A stretch of DNA of 63,854 bases, filler included, from Sphacelaria rigidula (Eukaryota): the NCBI GenBank assembly GCA_964200075.2. It is 9 parts of 9 records of this genome, joined end to end, with 100 filler letters (N's around TTAATTAATTAA, not from the genome) between each part and the next. Parts side by side here need not be neighbours in the genome. Positions count along the whole stretch, not along the records: positions 7,108 to 14,114 come from CAXNAA020016985.1; positions 14,215 to 21,221 come from CAXNAA020016986.1; positions 21,322 to 28,327 come from CAXNAA020016987.1; 6 more parts are not named here. One strand, given 5' to 3'. Positions within the stretch are counted from its first letter, which is position 1; each line of letters starts with the position of its first letter. The notes beneath the pieces were generated by a model. That model was not told where the DNA came from. It did not search any database and worked only from the letters and a program-made list of their open reading frames with translations. The position numbers and the translations under genes are program-made. This document shows, piece by piece, positions 12,901 to 24,442 of the stretch.

Positions 12901-13370
12901 AAAGGCGCCAATCTACACTGCACCAACGCGTTCCGGACATGAAAAAACCGACGAGGGAAAAACACGTATACCACCCTCGGGTCGGTGAGCCCTGTACATC
13001 GCTGAACCTGTGATGTGATATACATTGCCTTTCTGTCTACGCATGTATGACGGGGTAGTGGATCCCTCGCAACTGGTTTGGTGTATACTATGATACATGA
13101 CTGCCTGTTCCGAGATCGAGATTTAGCGAGACCTCGGTCATCAACCCTGCAAAAGCTGTTGAATGATGGAAAAATGGCCACGTGAAGGTATACCTGCGCC
13201 TCGTTCGGACAATTCCAGGTACAATTCCGGCGCATTACTTCATGTACCGGTAGTTCATGTGCCCGGAATATAGCCGTCTGATCGGCCGAGACGGCCGGGT
13301 ATCAGTAGAGAGATGGCTGTGACACCACCAGCTGTACCCGGAATTGTCTACTTCCACCACCCACCTGAAC

Positions 13371-13540
13371 TTGAAAACTGAACCCTGTTCACCACTGACC
13401 GAGGATACGAAAGGTGACGTCTGAAAATAGTGAGCGCCAAGTACTAATTAGGAGTTGAAAACTGAACCCCGTTCACTACTTACCGAGGATACGAAAGAAG
13501 GTTACGTCTGAAAATAGTGAGCGCCAAGTACTAAACAGGA
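13371..13540 (+). repeat. Two-copy tandem duplication of about 85 bp
   Basis: ttgaaaactgaaccc...ccgaggatacgaaag...acgtctgaaaatagtgagcgccaagtactaa occurs twice. Confidence 0.9.
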
Positions 13541-14049
13541 TGGATCGTCAGACAAAATTAACGTTTTTGGGACCGACCCCCCACTAACACAGGGTTGACC
13601 CTGTGTTGGTCATATAATAAAGAGTATGTCAGGGAGCGACCTGCCCAATCATCGCGAGACGAAATTTATCGACCAGACCCGAACGACGAGCGCGGGGATT
13701 GTTGAGGGGTGTGATGCCACTGCAAAGATCGTGTGGGGGCCCTATCCCTGGCCCAGATAAGCCTATCCAGGTTTCCAAGTGCAGGGCGGTCGGAACTTGC
13801 TTCTATGGCGTTTATTCGCACTCGATGTGGCGTTCCTGAGTTTTTCCGGAGGATTTTTTGGGTCACAATTTTACACGAAAATGTAGTTATCACATTCAAA
13901 CAAGGTGGAGCGGAAAGACCGGGAAGGGGTGTACATGCTGCAATGTGGTCATTTCACGAGGCACTGAACCCAGGTGTGCCGTGGAAAGACAAAGGGAGCT
14001 ACCATCATGAATTCTGCTCATCTATCTGCCGATGAGTTGCAATGCGCAG

Positions 14050-14114
14050 TTAACCCTTTTGGGACCGGGCCTCCAGAACGACCAATGAGGCTGGTCAGGA
14101 ATGACGTGTAAAAT
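14050..14114. mobile_element. Terminus of a piggyBac-type element, cut by the contig end
   Basis: TTAAccctttt gggacc...; same family as 7237-7296. Confidence 0.7.
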
Positions 14115-15068
14115 NNNNNNNNNNNNNNNNNNNNNNNNNNNNNNNNNNNNNNNNNNNNTTAATTAATTAANNNNNNNNNNNNNNNNNNNNNNNNNNNNNN
14201 NNNNNNNNNNNNNNAGTATATCACCTAACCTTGGTAGGCAAAAATAGACGTTTGTTTTCAAGAATTCCTCAAGAATTCCATCATTTTTCACGAGTCCAGG
14301 AGAAATAAGAAATTGGCCTTTAAGAGATTCATCATTGATTGCACGTGTGCGGAAAGTAAGAAAATGGCTCTAAGAAATATACTTGGCTCGGCGATAAGAA
14401 TAAGAAACGAGCCTCGCCTCAGATTAGAGCTTCTCAAGTAATGCCGCCACCTGTACTGCGCCGATAGCTTCCACCGTCTGCGATACCGTTACTCCTCCGC
14501 ATCAAAAGGGGGCGGTACTGCCGAAGGGGAACTGTGGTACTAATTGGAGACAAGGTGATCACATCAACCATCCGCTGCGCTGCAGATTGGTTCAGCTTGT
14601 TGAAGAGGAAGCATTTGAGAACGCGTTCGGACTTCTCTCCCCCCCCAGCGTTAATCACAACTCGTCACAGCAACGATTGCCGGCGGTGCGCTCGATGTCA
14701 GACCACCGTTCATTCCAGCCACAGACTAGCGCCGATGACTGTGCAATGATAGACGCATGTAGGATTAACAAAAGACAATCTTGGAGATCGTGGTTTGGTT
14801 CAGAGTTGGACCTACAGTCATATTTGATATGAACTCGTCCGGTGTTCATTAATACCTGCACTCACGCACGACCGGAGATTCGCCCAAGGGCGTCAGCACA
14901 TCAACCTTAACACACTTGTGCCCCACAGGGCGCACTGCGCCATGCAAAGAACATCATTGCTATGTACACGAGGCGAGCTCTGTGACCACCTCCTGGAGAA
15001 GACAATCTTGAATAACGCAACTGCAATAGTTCACTTTACAAACCAAAATAATATTTACAATTTGTCCA

Positions 15069-16930
15069 TCAGGCGCAATCAAAACATGAAATCATCATAG
15101 TTATTCTCTCCCTCCGTTGCCGGGTCATCTGTCTCCGACCCGCTGCACTCCAAATCGGAATATCCAATCCAGATGCCGGCTGCACTTCTTGACCCGCGAC
15201 GCTGTTGTAGTCTTCTTGTCCACCGTCGCGACAATAATTACTATTCGGGGATATTCCTAGACCCCATCCCTCTCCCACTACATTCCCGCCGCCAAACCGG
15301 CGCGGCTCATCGTCATGCCTCACACTGACTGCTGCTCTCGACGCGTTGGTCGCTCCACTCGCCTTGGCCCGTCGACGGTCCGCCGTAGATCCGCCCCTCC
15401 CGCGCTTCGCTGTGGATCCGCGCCTCCCACGGTTCGCCGCGGATCCGCCCCTGGCAGAAATGGATCGTTCACGTGCACCGCAATTTCTACTGTCAGCATC
15501 ACTACTGGAAGTCGCCTCGATTGCCCCAGAGGACGGCGGGGGTCGTAAGCAGCGACCCTGGCAACCGCAGCTCAGCGTGCAACCCCCCAGACACCTGCAT
15601 TTTTTGCAGCGGTGGTCTCTTTGTGGCGCCTTTGCCGGGTTACATAAGCACCTCAGGGTCCGCACGTTCCCGAACCCATCATCATACGTGTGGCTTGATG
15701 AATAAATAACGATATTGTCCCGCGTGAGCGCCTCTGCCTCTCTGCTCTCCAATTTTATGCCCCGCTTCTGATGAGTCTTCTGGAATTCAACAACCCAACC
15801 GCTGCCGTTGAAGTCCACCGTGGGCATCTTCTGAAACCTCCCTCCCCAGTGTTCGAATACCGCGTCAGACTTACTCACGTGCTTTCGACAGGCGTCCAAG
15901 TCTGGGCAGCACCGGGAAGGCATATGCTCATGTACTGTGGTGATACACAGGCGGATCTTGTTGACATACGATCCCAAGTCCCACCCCCCCGTGGCGAAGA
16001 GAAACCCCGGGTCCGTGGCGATTTGCGCAGAAGCGTTTTTGTCCCTGGAAAAAAACATGGCGGCCGGCAGCTTCACGCCCTCATCGATGTCCACTCTCAG
16101 GATGCCGTCCTCTTCCGTGAATATCGGTGCTGTAAACAGATTCGGCGTACGCAGGGCCTTCAGCACGAAATCCCGCAGCTTGAGGAAAGGTATCCTGGAC
16201 ACATATGGTAAGAAGTCGCACCCAGCCAAAAGGTAGGTCAACAGAAACAATGCTACGTTCATAGATGACGTCAGTCACGTATACTGTCCGGCGGGCGGCC
16301 AAGCGCTCTCACTCCCATCCCTCAGATTCTCGGTGGAGCTGTACACCCTGTCCTCGAGGATGTACCGGGGGCCACCGCTCACAATCGTTCAACAGTGACT
16401 TGCGCAGCGTCGGAGCCCTGCGGCGTGATATGCCCGGAGGACATTGCTAGCAACACAATAATCCACTGATCAGTATCGATCGAAGTCACCAGCCACTTCT
16501 TCCAGTGCTTCTTGAACAACCTCTCGGAGTGGGTGATGCAGTGGACTGTAGACATCTCACCCTCACCTATCCCGGGTCCAGCTGCGCTGTGGATACTCTG
16601 ATCAGGCCCACTGTCATTACGCCACCACAGCAAAGATTGGAAGGCTGGGGAAGCGCCGCACCACGCAGACCCTGGTCCGCTGCCGCCGCTATCTCCCCGC
16701 TGCCTGTCAGTACCGCAATATACGATGGTGGAGTCTTCCGAACCGCCGCGCGGGTGCCAACACCCACTCTTCGCACCGTCGTCGGCACCGACGCAGCCCC
16801 ACTCCCCCATCCATCTGTCACCATCGCAAGATATGTCCGCTGTGTCGGCCCTGCGAAACCTTTGCCGTCGAAACCTCCGCGTTCCGTAGTTGCCGCCGTC
16901 CGCGGCATCGCCGCTCCTCCCCCGCTCCAT
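15069..16930 (-). pseudogene. Decayed XPG/FEN/XRN-fold nuclease with Cys-rich C-terminus; probable Academ(X)-type transposon protein
   Basis: Ordered motifs GIGEGE, TSIDTDQW, LLAGCDFLP, PDLDACRKH..W..GSGW, CLC..CKKCRC..CTLSCGCQGRC. One frameshift near 16385 and one in-frame stop near 16275 separate the two ORFs. Confidence 0.65.
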
Positions 16931-17252
16931 CTGGCTGACTCACTCGGAGTCTGTCCGTCGAGATCCACTCCCAACAACGGATGTGATACGAGTTGAGCGG
17001 AATGGAGGCCCGAGTGATACAGTTGCTTCACCACCTGTCTGGAGGACATGAGATAAATCGATGTATGGATGCAATATGTCAGCTGTCTCGTCGGTTTAGA
17101 ATTGGGAGCGCCGGAGTCAAATACTCGTACCAAGCTCTGAAAAGCACAACTGTAGGCGCCATTGATTCCGATCGAAATCACAATCATGATCCCAAACATG
17201 AGCCAAGAAGTCAGATGTTGCTATATTAAGCAATTGCGCTTTGCAGAATCAT

Positions 17253-17832
17253 GCAAGATTGTGTCCTGTAGGGTGCGGGTATGTTCTGTAGGGTATGAGT
17301 CCTTACAGAAATTGAAGAAATATAGGGTATCGGTATGAAAATCTCGCAGAAATTTGAAAACTGCCGGGTACCGGTATGAAAATCTTACAGAAATTGCAGA
17401 ACTTGACGGGTACGGTACGGGAGACTTACAATAAAACCATGCCGACAATGGGGTTCGCCTTCAAGAGTATACCCGCGCTCCGGGTAAGGGTAAACATTAT
17501 GTACAGAACTCACAGAAACTGTCGGCAAGGGTATGAAGGTTGCAAAGAAAACCGTATCCGCAACCGGGTATCTTGTCAAGAGCATACCGGCGCCCACCGA
17601 TGACGGTACGGGAGGCTTACAGAACTCACAGAACTATATGGTAAGGGTATGAAAGTCTTCGAAAGATTACACAACTGTCGGGTACCGATACGAACGCCTT
17701 ACAGAAGTCACAGAACTGTCGGGTACGGGTATAAATGTCTTACAGAAGTCACAGAACTGTAAGGTGCGGTAAATACCCTGGAAAATACCCCAGTTATATA
17801 AAAAAACCGTATCCTACAAAACAAGATCTTGG
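17253..17832. mobile_element. Non-autonomous TIR element with internal array of acagaa(c/g)tcacagaactgtcggg units (copy A)
   Basis: Imperfect ~27-bp TIR caagattgtgtcctgtaggg / cctacaaaacaagatcttgg; homologous to 18490-19022. Confidence 0.7.
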
Positions 17833-18489
17833 TATTATCATCACCCCTGTGGTGGGACCTGCGTCACTACCGTGGCGAACTACGGATGACCGTTAACAAA
17901 AACTCTGAACAACTTCACGGGGCTAATAGAGAAATACTACACGAACACACGCAGTAGTACATGCGCACGGGATCGTCAACATCTGTCGGCTTCACGTACA
18001 CCTCCACCGTGTACATGAAGGAGCATTCACGGCTGCCCGCTCTCTGGAAGCCCTTCGGCACGGCGGAATCGTGGATGGCCTTGACGACTTCCGGTAGCAG
18101 CTAATATTCTCTGCTGTGCATGTCGATGACGACCTGGGGTTCAATGACCATGACACGGCCACCATCAACGTCGATGGCGTGCGTCTTGCTATTTACTCCC
18201 CTGGTGGCGCAGGTGAGCCGCCCCACTCGAGTCTGGGGGTGATCCATTCAGACGGTCTGCAGTGCTGCTCATGTTTCGTGTTTCCACTCAGCAGTACCTC
18301 GTATCCCGTCAAATTATAAACTCAAGAACTTTCCAACATTGATTTTTTGTTGGTGTGCAGTGTTGAATGAAGGAGTAGGGTGAGTTGCTCGATGGGAGGT
18401 ACGTGTTCAGGTCATGAGGTTGTGTTTGGATTGAGCCTATATTCATACCTCTCCAACGTATATACCTGTGCTGTACCTGCAATCGGGTA

Positions 18490-19022
18490 TATCTACAACG
18501 GTATACCCTAACCCCGGGTAGGGGTATGGGATGCTTACAGAGCTCACAGAACTGTCGGGAACCTGTACTGGATAAAAGTCTCACCGAAGTTGCAGAACTT
18601 GTCGGGTATGGGATGGGAGACTTACAAAAAAACCGTACCGACAATGGGGTTCATCTTCAAGAGCATACCCGCGCTCCGGGTGCGGTTAAACATTATGTAC
18701 AGAACTCACAGAACTGTCGGGCAAGGGTATGGGAGGCGTACAGAACTCACAGAAGCTGTCGGGCAGGAAGGTTGCACATGAAACGGTACCCGCAATCGGG
18801 TGTCTTATCAAAAGCGTAACCGTACCCCCCAGTGACGGTACGGGAGGCTTACAGAACTCACAGAACTATATGGTGAGGGTATGAAAGTCTTGGAGAGATT
18901 ACACAACTGTCGGGTACCGGTATGAACGCCTTACAGAAGTCACAGAATTGTCGGGGACGGTAAATACCCGGGAAAATACCCCGGGTATACAGAGAATCGT
19001 ATCCTACAGAACACAACCTTGG
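18490..19022. mobile_element. Same element family (copy B)
   Basis: Long collinear similarity to copy A; ends gtatcctacagaacacaaccttgg; left end uncertain. Confidence 0.7.
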
Positions 19023-19258
19023 AACCATGTAGCAATCTGGGACTCGTGGCGCTGTTACCCCGGGATCGACATTGGTGTCGTACGCAACATTCGGACTGCC
19101 CCCGCCGACGTCCAAGCAGGCATCCAGACGTTGCACCTCGTGAGTGAGTCTTGGGGATCCTCCACATCTACCGTCAAAAGAGAGGGAATTGACCGGGGGG
19201 TGAATGGGTGGAGGATTGAGAATCGGTGCGTTTGACATAGCGTACCTTCCATCGTGTG

Positions 19259-19348
19259 TTTTGTTCGTCGGAACGAACTCCACCATTGAGCCACTCAGTC
19301 AGCGCTGACTGAGTGGCTCAGTGACGGAGTTCGTTCTGACGAACAAAA
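19259..19348. repeat. 90-bp spacerless palindrome
   Basis: 45-bp arms centred on AGC|GCT with 4 mismatches. Confidence 0.95.
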
Positions 19349-19924
19349 GAAGTGCGACGTCGATTCTCGGCGCGATCACTTCTTCTTTCCCATAGTCGAA
19401 GAAATATCTTTCCCATAGTTATGGAAAGATACCAGAACGTCCACACGCCCAACCTGGTCACTTCGGCAGCGTTGGCGAGGGGTAACCCGGAGAAGGCACC
19501 GAGAGTACGAACTCAAGAACACTCGTGCAGTACCGGCCTACGCCAGCTGAGCTGTGGTTTTCACATATGATACTTGTATCTGATGCTGCAGCGTTCGATC
19601 GTAGTACTGTAGCACCGTTCAACTCATCAAGTAGGTTTGTATGTCGGCGTCCACTCCGTAGGTGTTGCTCAACATTTACGGCCGTTAGAATCCGGACGGG
19701 GGTTCCGAACATACGCTCCGGAGGCCAACAGGAGCACTATCAGCGATGTGCGTGATGGACGACGCAACCCAAAGATATGCACGTTATCCACGCACACAGT
19801 GCGCAGGATTTGATTCTTGCAGGATTCGACCCGACCGCCCTTACGTAGATACACTTCAGCAACTACCCGTATCTTTGGCGGACTGCACTATGCCCTTGGT
19901 AGTGCAGTACACAGCACCATGTTC

Positions 19925-20020
19925 TACTGTGCTCTGCTGCACTGCACTGGACTCTATTGCACTGTACCAGGTACAGTCCTGTCCTGTACTGTCCTGTACT
20001 GTCCTGTACTGTACTGTACT
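19925..20020 (+). repeat. Degenerate (TACTG/TCCTG)n microsatellite
   Basis: Direct reading. Confidence 0.85.
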
Positions 20021-20369
20021 GAAGTTAGGTGTTCTGTTTTCACCATATCTGGCACTCCGGAGCAGACGTGCACGGGTGGGGAGCAAAATCGAAACTTTTC
20101 AAACTTCAGCCGAGTCGTTTATTCATCAGCACGGATGGATTTCAATGAATTCTTTTGCAATGGAAAGCTTGTTTTCTGCAGATAAGGAAACAGCTCTCCA
20201 TATCTCTGCCAATGGTATAGCACGAGCGCGGTGCTCTCCCTAAACACCGGAGGGCAGGTTTCACGGGGGGGGAGGGTGTTCACCCTTGGCCATGCGGATT
20301 CTGCGATTACTCGTTGTTTCCGTTACTGCTACCGTTAAAACTTGCAAGAGGGACTGCCTGTCTATATTT

Positions 20370-20533
20370 CAACACACCTCGATCGCCCTCGCGTCCCCGC
20401 CTTCCGCCAGAGCGATGCTGTTTGGTCCGCTGCTGTATGCACAGCAGGCGCAGACCCTCCGCGCGAAATCGGGATACTTGCCATCATCCAGCATTTTACA
20501 AGGAGGCGTCTAAAAGAGTATAAAAAAAAAAAT
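20370..20533 (+). repeat. Short dispersed repeat with A-rich tail; second copy at about 23152-23310
   Basis: Shared caacacacctcgatcg...acttgccatcat...ggaggcgtcta...tataaaaaaa. Confidence 0.7.
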
Positions 20534-20682
20534 ACTGGGCGTAAAACTGCGCAAAGAAATTGTGCTGTTCTACCGCCTGACGTGCGCTGTCTCCACGCAC
20601 GCAAGTATCAGTAGCAGCCACCATTCATGCGCAGCGCTACGCTCATAAATTTACACAATAAGGTCGCTCCTTATAACCAGGG

Positions 20683-21221
20683 CTACGAGCTGGGCCAGCC
20701 GAGAAGCGATTCTGTAGTTTGCCGGCCCATTATACGGTCAGTACTTCGAGTTGGACCCTGAAATTTGGTATGGACAACGAGTAGGGCATAATAAAAGAAA
20801 TCACTAGTGCACACAAGTTATTTCTTTTTCCATGAGTTAAAACATTTTACCGATATCTGAAAACTGATTATTGCCCTTAACTCATGAAAAACTAAACAAA
20901 CTTGTGTGCACTAGTATTTTTTTTATTATGCCCTACTCATTGTCCATACCAAATTTCAGGGTCCAACTCCAAGTATTGGCTGTATAATGGGCCGTTTAGT
21001 GACAGGGTCAGAAGAAATTCGGAACAGTATTTTGCAGGCCATTTACCGGCACACGTTTGGTGTTTGTGTATTGAAATCTTGTGTGGGCGCTCTCTAAGGC
21101 ATACTTAACAAAACAAAGTGGGCCAGGTTGATTTGTTTCAATTTTTTCCACTGGTTTAGGGCGTTCTACTATGGTAAAGACCATATTTCACGAGAGTGCC
21201 CTAACCTCTATGAAAAAAAAA
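20683..21221. mobile_element. Non-autonomous element containing a 272-bp foldback (20723-20994)
   Basis: About 115-bp inverted arms cggcccattatac...gtataatgggccg; foldback and both flanks recur inverted at 56850-57189. Confidence 0.85.
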
Positions 21222-22735
21222 NNNNNNNNNNNNNNNNNNNNNNNNNNNNNNNNNNNNNNNNNNNNTTAATTAATTAANNNNNNNNNNNNNNNNNNNNNNN
21301 NNNNNNNNNNNNNNNNNNNNNAGAGAAGATTAGGAGGACGGTGGGGTGTGTGAGGGGGGGGGGGGGGGGGGGGGCGGGGGGGGGGGGGGGCTCCGTGTCC
21401 GAAAATCTTCTCCCCGTAGCCCCCTGGGTCCATGAGTACAACACTACGCCTAATCATCTCCCGATCGATAGAGTTATCCTACGACGGCGGGTCCGGTATC
21501 TTGAAGCTCTTCCTGCGTAAAGGAAACACTTTGAGCTTTCATTGTTACAAGTAGCGAATTTCTTACAAATAAATGTTCTTCTTATTCATCATACACGTGT
21601 TTACACGGATTTGGCGCCCATTTCATCCACGTGCAAGACTGACGGGTAAGTGAGGTTGTGCTCTCTCTCACTCGTAAACGGGCGTGACATATTTTACTCG
21701 ATGCCACCTTCCATTTATCCACCAGGAGCGCTTTTCTTGCCTTATCCACGCACTCAATGAAGACGGACTGAAAATCAATGAACACACCATCATTACTGTC
21801 GAAAACAAACCCCCATGAATTGGCCCCAAGTGCCTAATGCTACATCATTTCGTCGAGAGGGCTGCGCAATCAGTGCGTTTCCTGGCGAAAAATAATACAA
21901 CACGAGGAAGTGCACGCGGAGGAGTACACGAAAGTAATCGGTCGACGGCCGCGTCATCAACGTTCAACGTTTTTCTCGTTGGCCAATATTGCCGATCGTC
22001 ATCTGCCAACCGTCATTATTTCGTCAATTACTTCCGTGTTCCACCAAACCCCAACCGATCTAATGAGAGCTCATCCAATGCACCTCCTGTATGGCTATAC
22101 GACGCAAGTGTGTCTGTCAGTTGACGATTTTGCTGATATCTACTCTTGCCCTATGGCCCCCCATCCCATTCCATGCGGCCGGTGCTTTGCGTGCGACGAC
22201 GAGAGTGGGGTCCATGTCGCGCCCCGACTTCGTTTGAGAGTCGGCACGGTTCGAAGCCGTCGAGCTGTGCGGCAAAGTACTTCTACATACTCCCAAACAT
22301 GCTGTTCACGTCTAGCTCCCTCTTCGCAATAAGGCCGTCGTCGGACACCCGATGCGACTGCTTAGCCGGCGGCAGTATGATGCCTTCGTGATAGTGGGGG
22401 GCATTTCCTCCGACCCGAAGTCGCGGCACCTGCTGCACCTGCATGAGTAGAACACGGGTTGCCGAAGCGAAGCTGCGCAGCTATAACGACACATTGCGGC
22501 GAAAGGAGCAAATGCCTCTAGCTGAGTACTTGAAGCGCTGCTACCCACAGGTAGTAGCATTAAAGTGGGGTGTATGTGAGGAAAGAAGCCGCTGTTGCTG
22601 TTTCACGGCAGAGTTGTGGGTGCAATTTCACTGGAGATGAATGGTGTCGTGCGAGTTTTTCCTGCGAACTCCCAATACAAAGCGTTCACCCTAGGTTGCA
22701 CAGATTCTGCAAATATTTGTTGTGCAGACATTGTA

Positions 22736-23100
22736 ACCGGTCGCCCCAGTGGCTCAGTTGGTAACATCGTAACCTTCTGGAGGTTGAGTACGGGGGTTCG
22801 ATTCCCGGAGCGATCTGGGATCTTTTCTCAAACCATGCCCCACAACAGTCGAGAGCGATCATGTCGTTGGTACACAAAATTCGACTTAACGGTTGACGAG
22901 GGGAATGGACTGCTGAACCCCTCTCGCAATGAAAAATAGAAAAGGCCAACACCGCAGAATGAAGGTGAGGTATTAAAAACAAACAAGCAAAAAGCTCATG
23001 TGTTGATTTTCCTCCCGTGTGACCCCGGCCGATACACCCACATACACCGAAAGGCGTAGATTGTTGCCCAGGACAAATGAGACGAGAACACACACATACA
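22736..23100 (+). mobile_element. tRNA-derived SINE (family 1)
   Basis: Pol III A box tggctcagttgg and B box ggttcgattccc, followed by a body shared with 34155-34511; ends in CA repeats. Confidence 0.85.
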
Positions 23101-24255
23101 GGCAGCACTGTTGTCGGTGCAACTTGCGAGGGGAACTTCTTGTGTGTATATCAACACACCTCGATCGTCTTTGAACCCACTCCTTGAACCTGGGTGATGC
23201 CGTGTGGTCCGCAGCTGGATCCACAGGGTGTGCGGAGCCTCGGGGCGAAATGGAGACACTTGCCATCATTCACCATTTCTCGCGGAGGCGTCTATTTCGG
23301 TATAAAAAAAGTGTTCCCTGGCGGGTTGATCGCGTGTTGGATGGGATACTGCTGTGTTGTGTTGTTGTCTGTATTGCGTAATTACGTTTTGACTTGTACA
23401 GATATCAGTAGCTGTCTGAGCTGCTTTGGGAGTGGTATCCATTGCTGGCTTGTGTGCTGTACTGGGTGGGAGTTAGCCGGATCTAGGTGAAGGCATACAT
23501 TCAGATATAGGCTACAGCTTTGTATCACCGTCACCGTCATCTTGTCCTATTGACCGCCCACCTTGTCGACTCCGTCGGGTCTTTTACTCTTGGGGTGGTG
23601 GTGAAGAACGTGACACTAAATCGGGTGCCATACAGCTTCTTTTCACTCTATCTTCTGTGCACAACAGCACAGATCTGTCATGCCCTTCGCCATAGTCGGT
23701 TGGTAACCGGAAACGTTACCGACGCGTTTTGCAGTAATGGACACCTCTCATACCACACGCGAAGACGTCACGTACACGTACGTTACAGATGTTCGGACTA
23801 CCCGCGGACCGACCACTGTCTCGTATTCTAAATCAACCATTTCTGATGACTCCCCGCACAGCCGTGGTGGATCCGTGACAACACGGGTGGAGACAGCTCG
23901 CTACCGGCGTGGGGATAACTTGCCGCCGGGCGTCGTGACATCTGGTTCACGGTTCCATGTGAGTCGACATCGCTAGTCTCGCTCAGTATCGGGTTGATCT
24001 GCAGCTGAGTGTGTGGACAGATATTGATGGAGAGATGGGGATGCACTAGACGGCCATGACCCGAACTGCGAACGAGTACCTCAAGAACAACAACAGCTGC
24101 CGGTAATTTGTGCCGCGCAGTAGCCGCCAGGCCTGTTGCATTTGTTTGAACTGCAATGGCCAGCGCTTTGTTCTCGAGTGGGTGTTCATCAGCTTGCAAT
24201 GTATAATTGACAGGCCCCATTGTCCTCGTTGTGTCATATGTCTCACCCTAAACAG

Positions 24256-24442
24256 CGCCGACACGACCATCGAGACCCCCGTCTTCGTGCAACATCGCGG
24301 TTTTTGGCACAGCCGGTCTTCGTCACGTATAAGGGTATCCTTGCCCTTTATGTCGTGTTCTGGTCTATTTGGTGGCCTTGTGAAAATGGAGGGACTGTCT
24401 ACCTGTACTTCACCTACTGGGGATGGTGCATCGCGGCTGTAT
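24256..24442 (+). CDS. Exon of a rolling stone/FAR-17a-like membrane protein
   Basis: FVTYKGILALYVVFWSIWW...VYLYFTYWGWCIAAV; aaacag acceptor and gtgagt donor; two hydrophobic segments and a YxTxW motif. Confidence 0.5.

Noticed and set aside
14534-14570. VVLIGD as Rab11 exon 2
   Set aside because: Continues KVITS rather than SGVGKS, lacks an acceptor and lies on a different contig.
17253-19022. CRISPR-like array
   Set aside because: Repeats are degenerate with irregular spacing, the intervening sequences are related to each other and duplicated between copies, there are no cas genes, and the context is eukaryotic.
22739-22815. Functional tRNA gene (also 28672-28745, 26965-27040)
   Set aside because: A and B boxes are present but the stems do not close, and the heads continue into shared repeat bodies, so these are SINEs.
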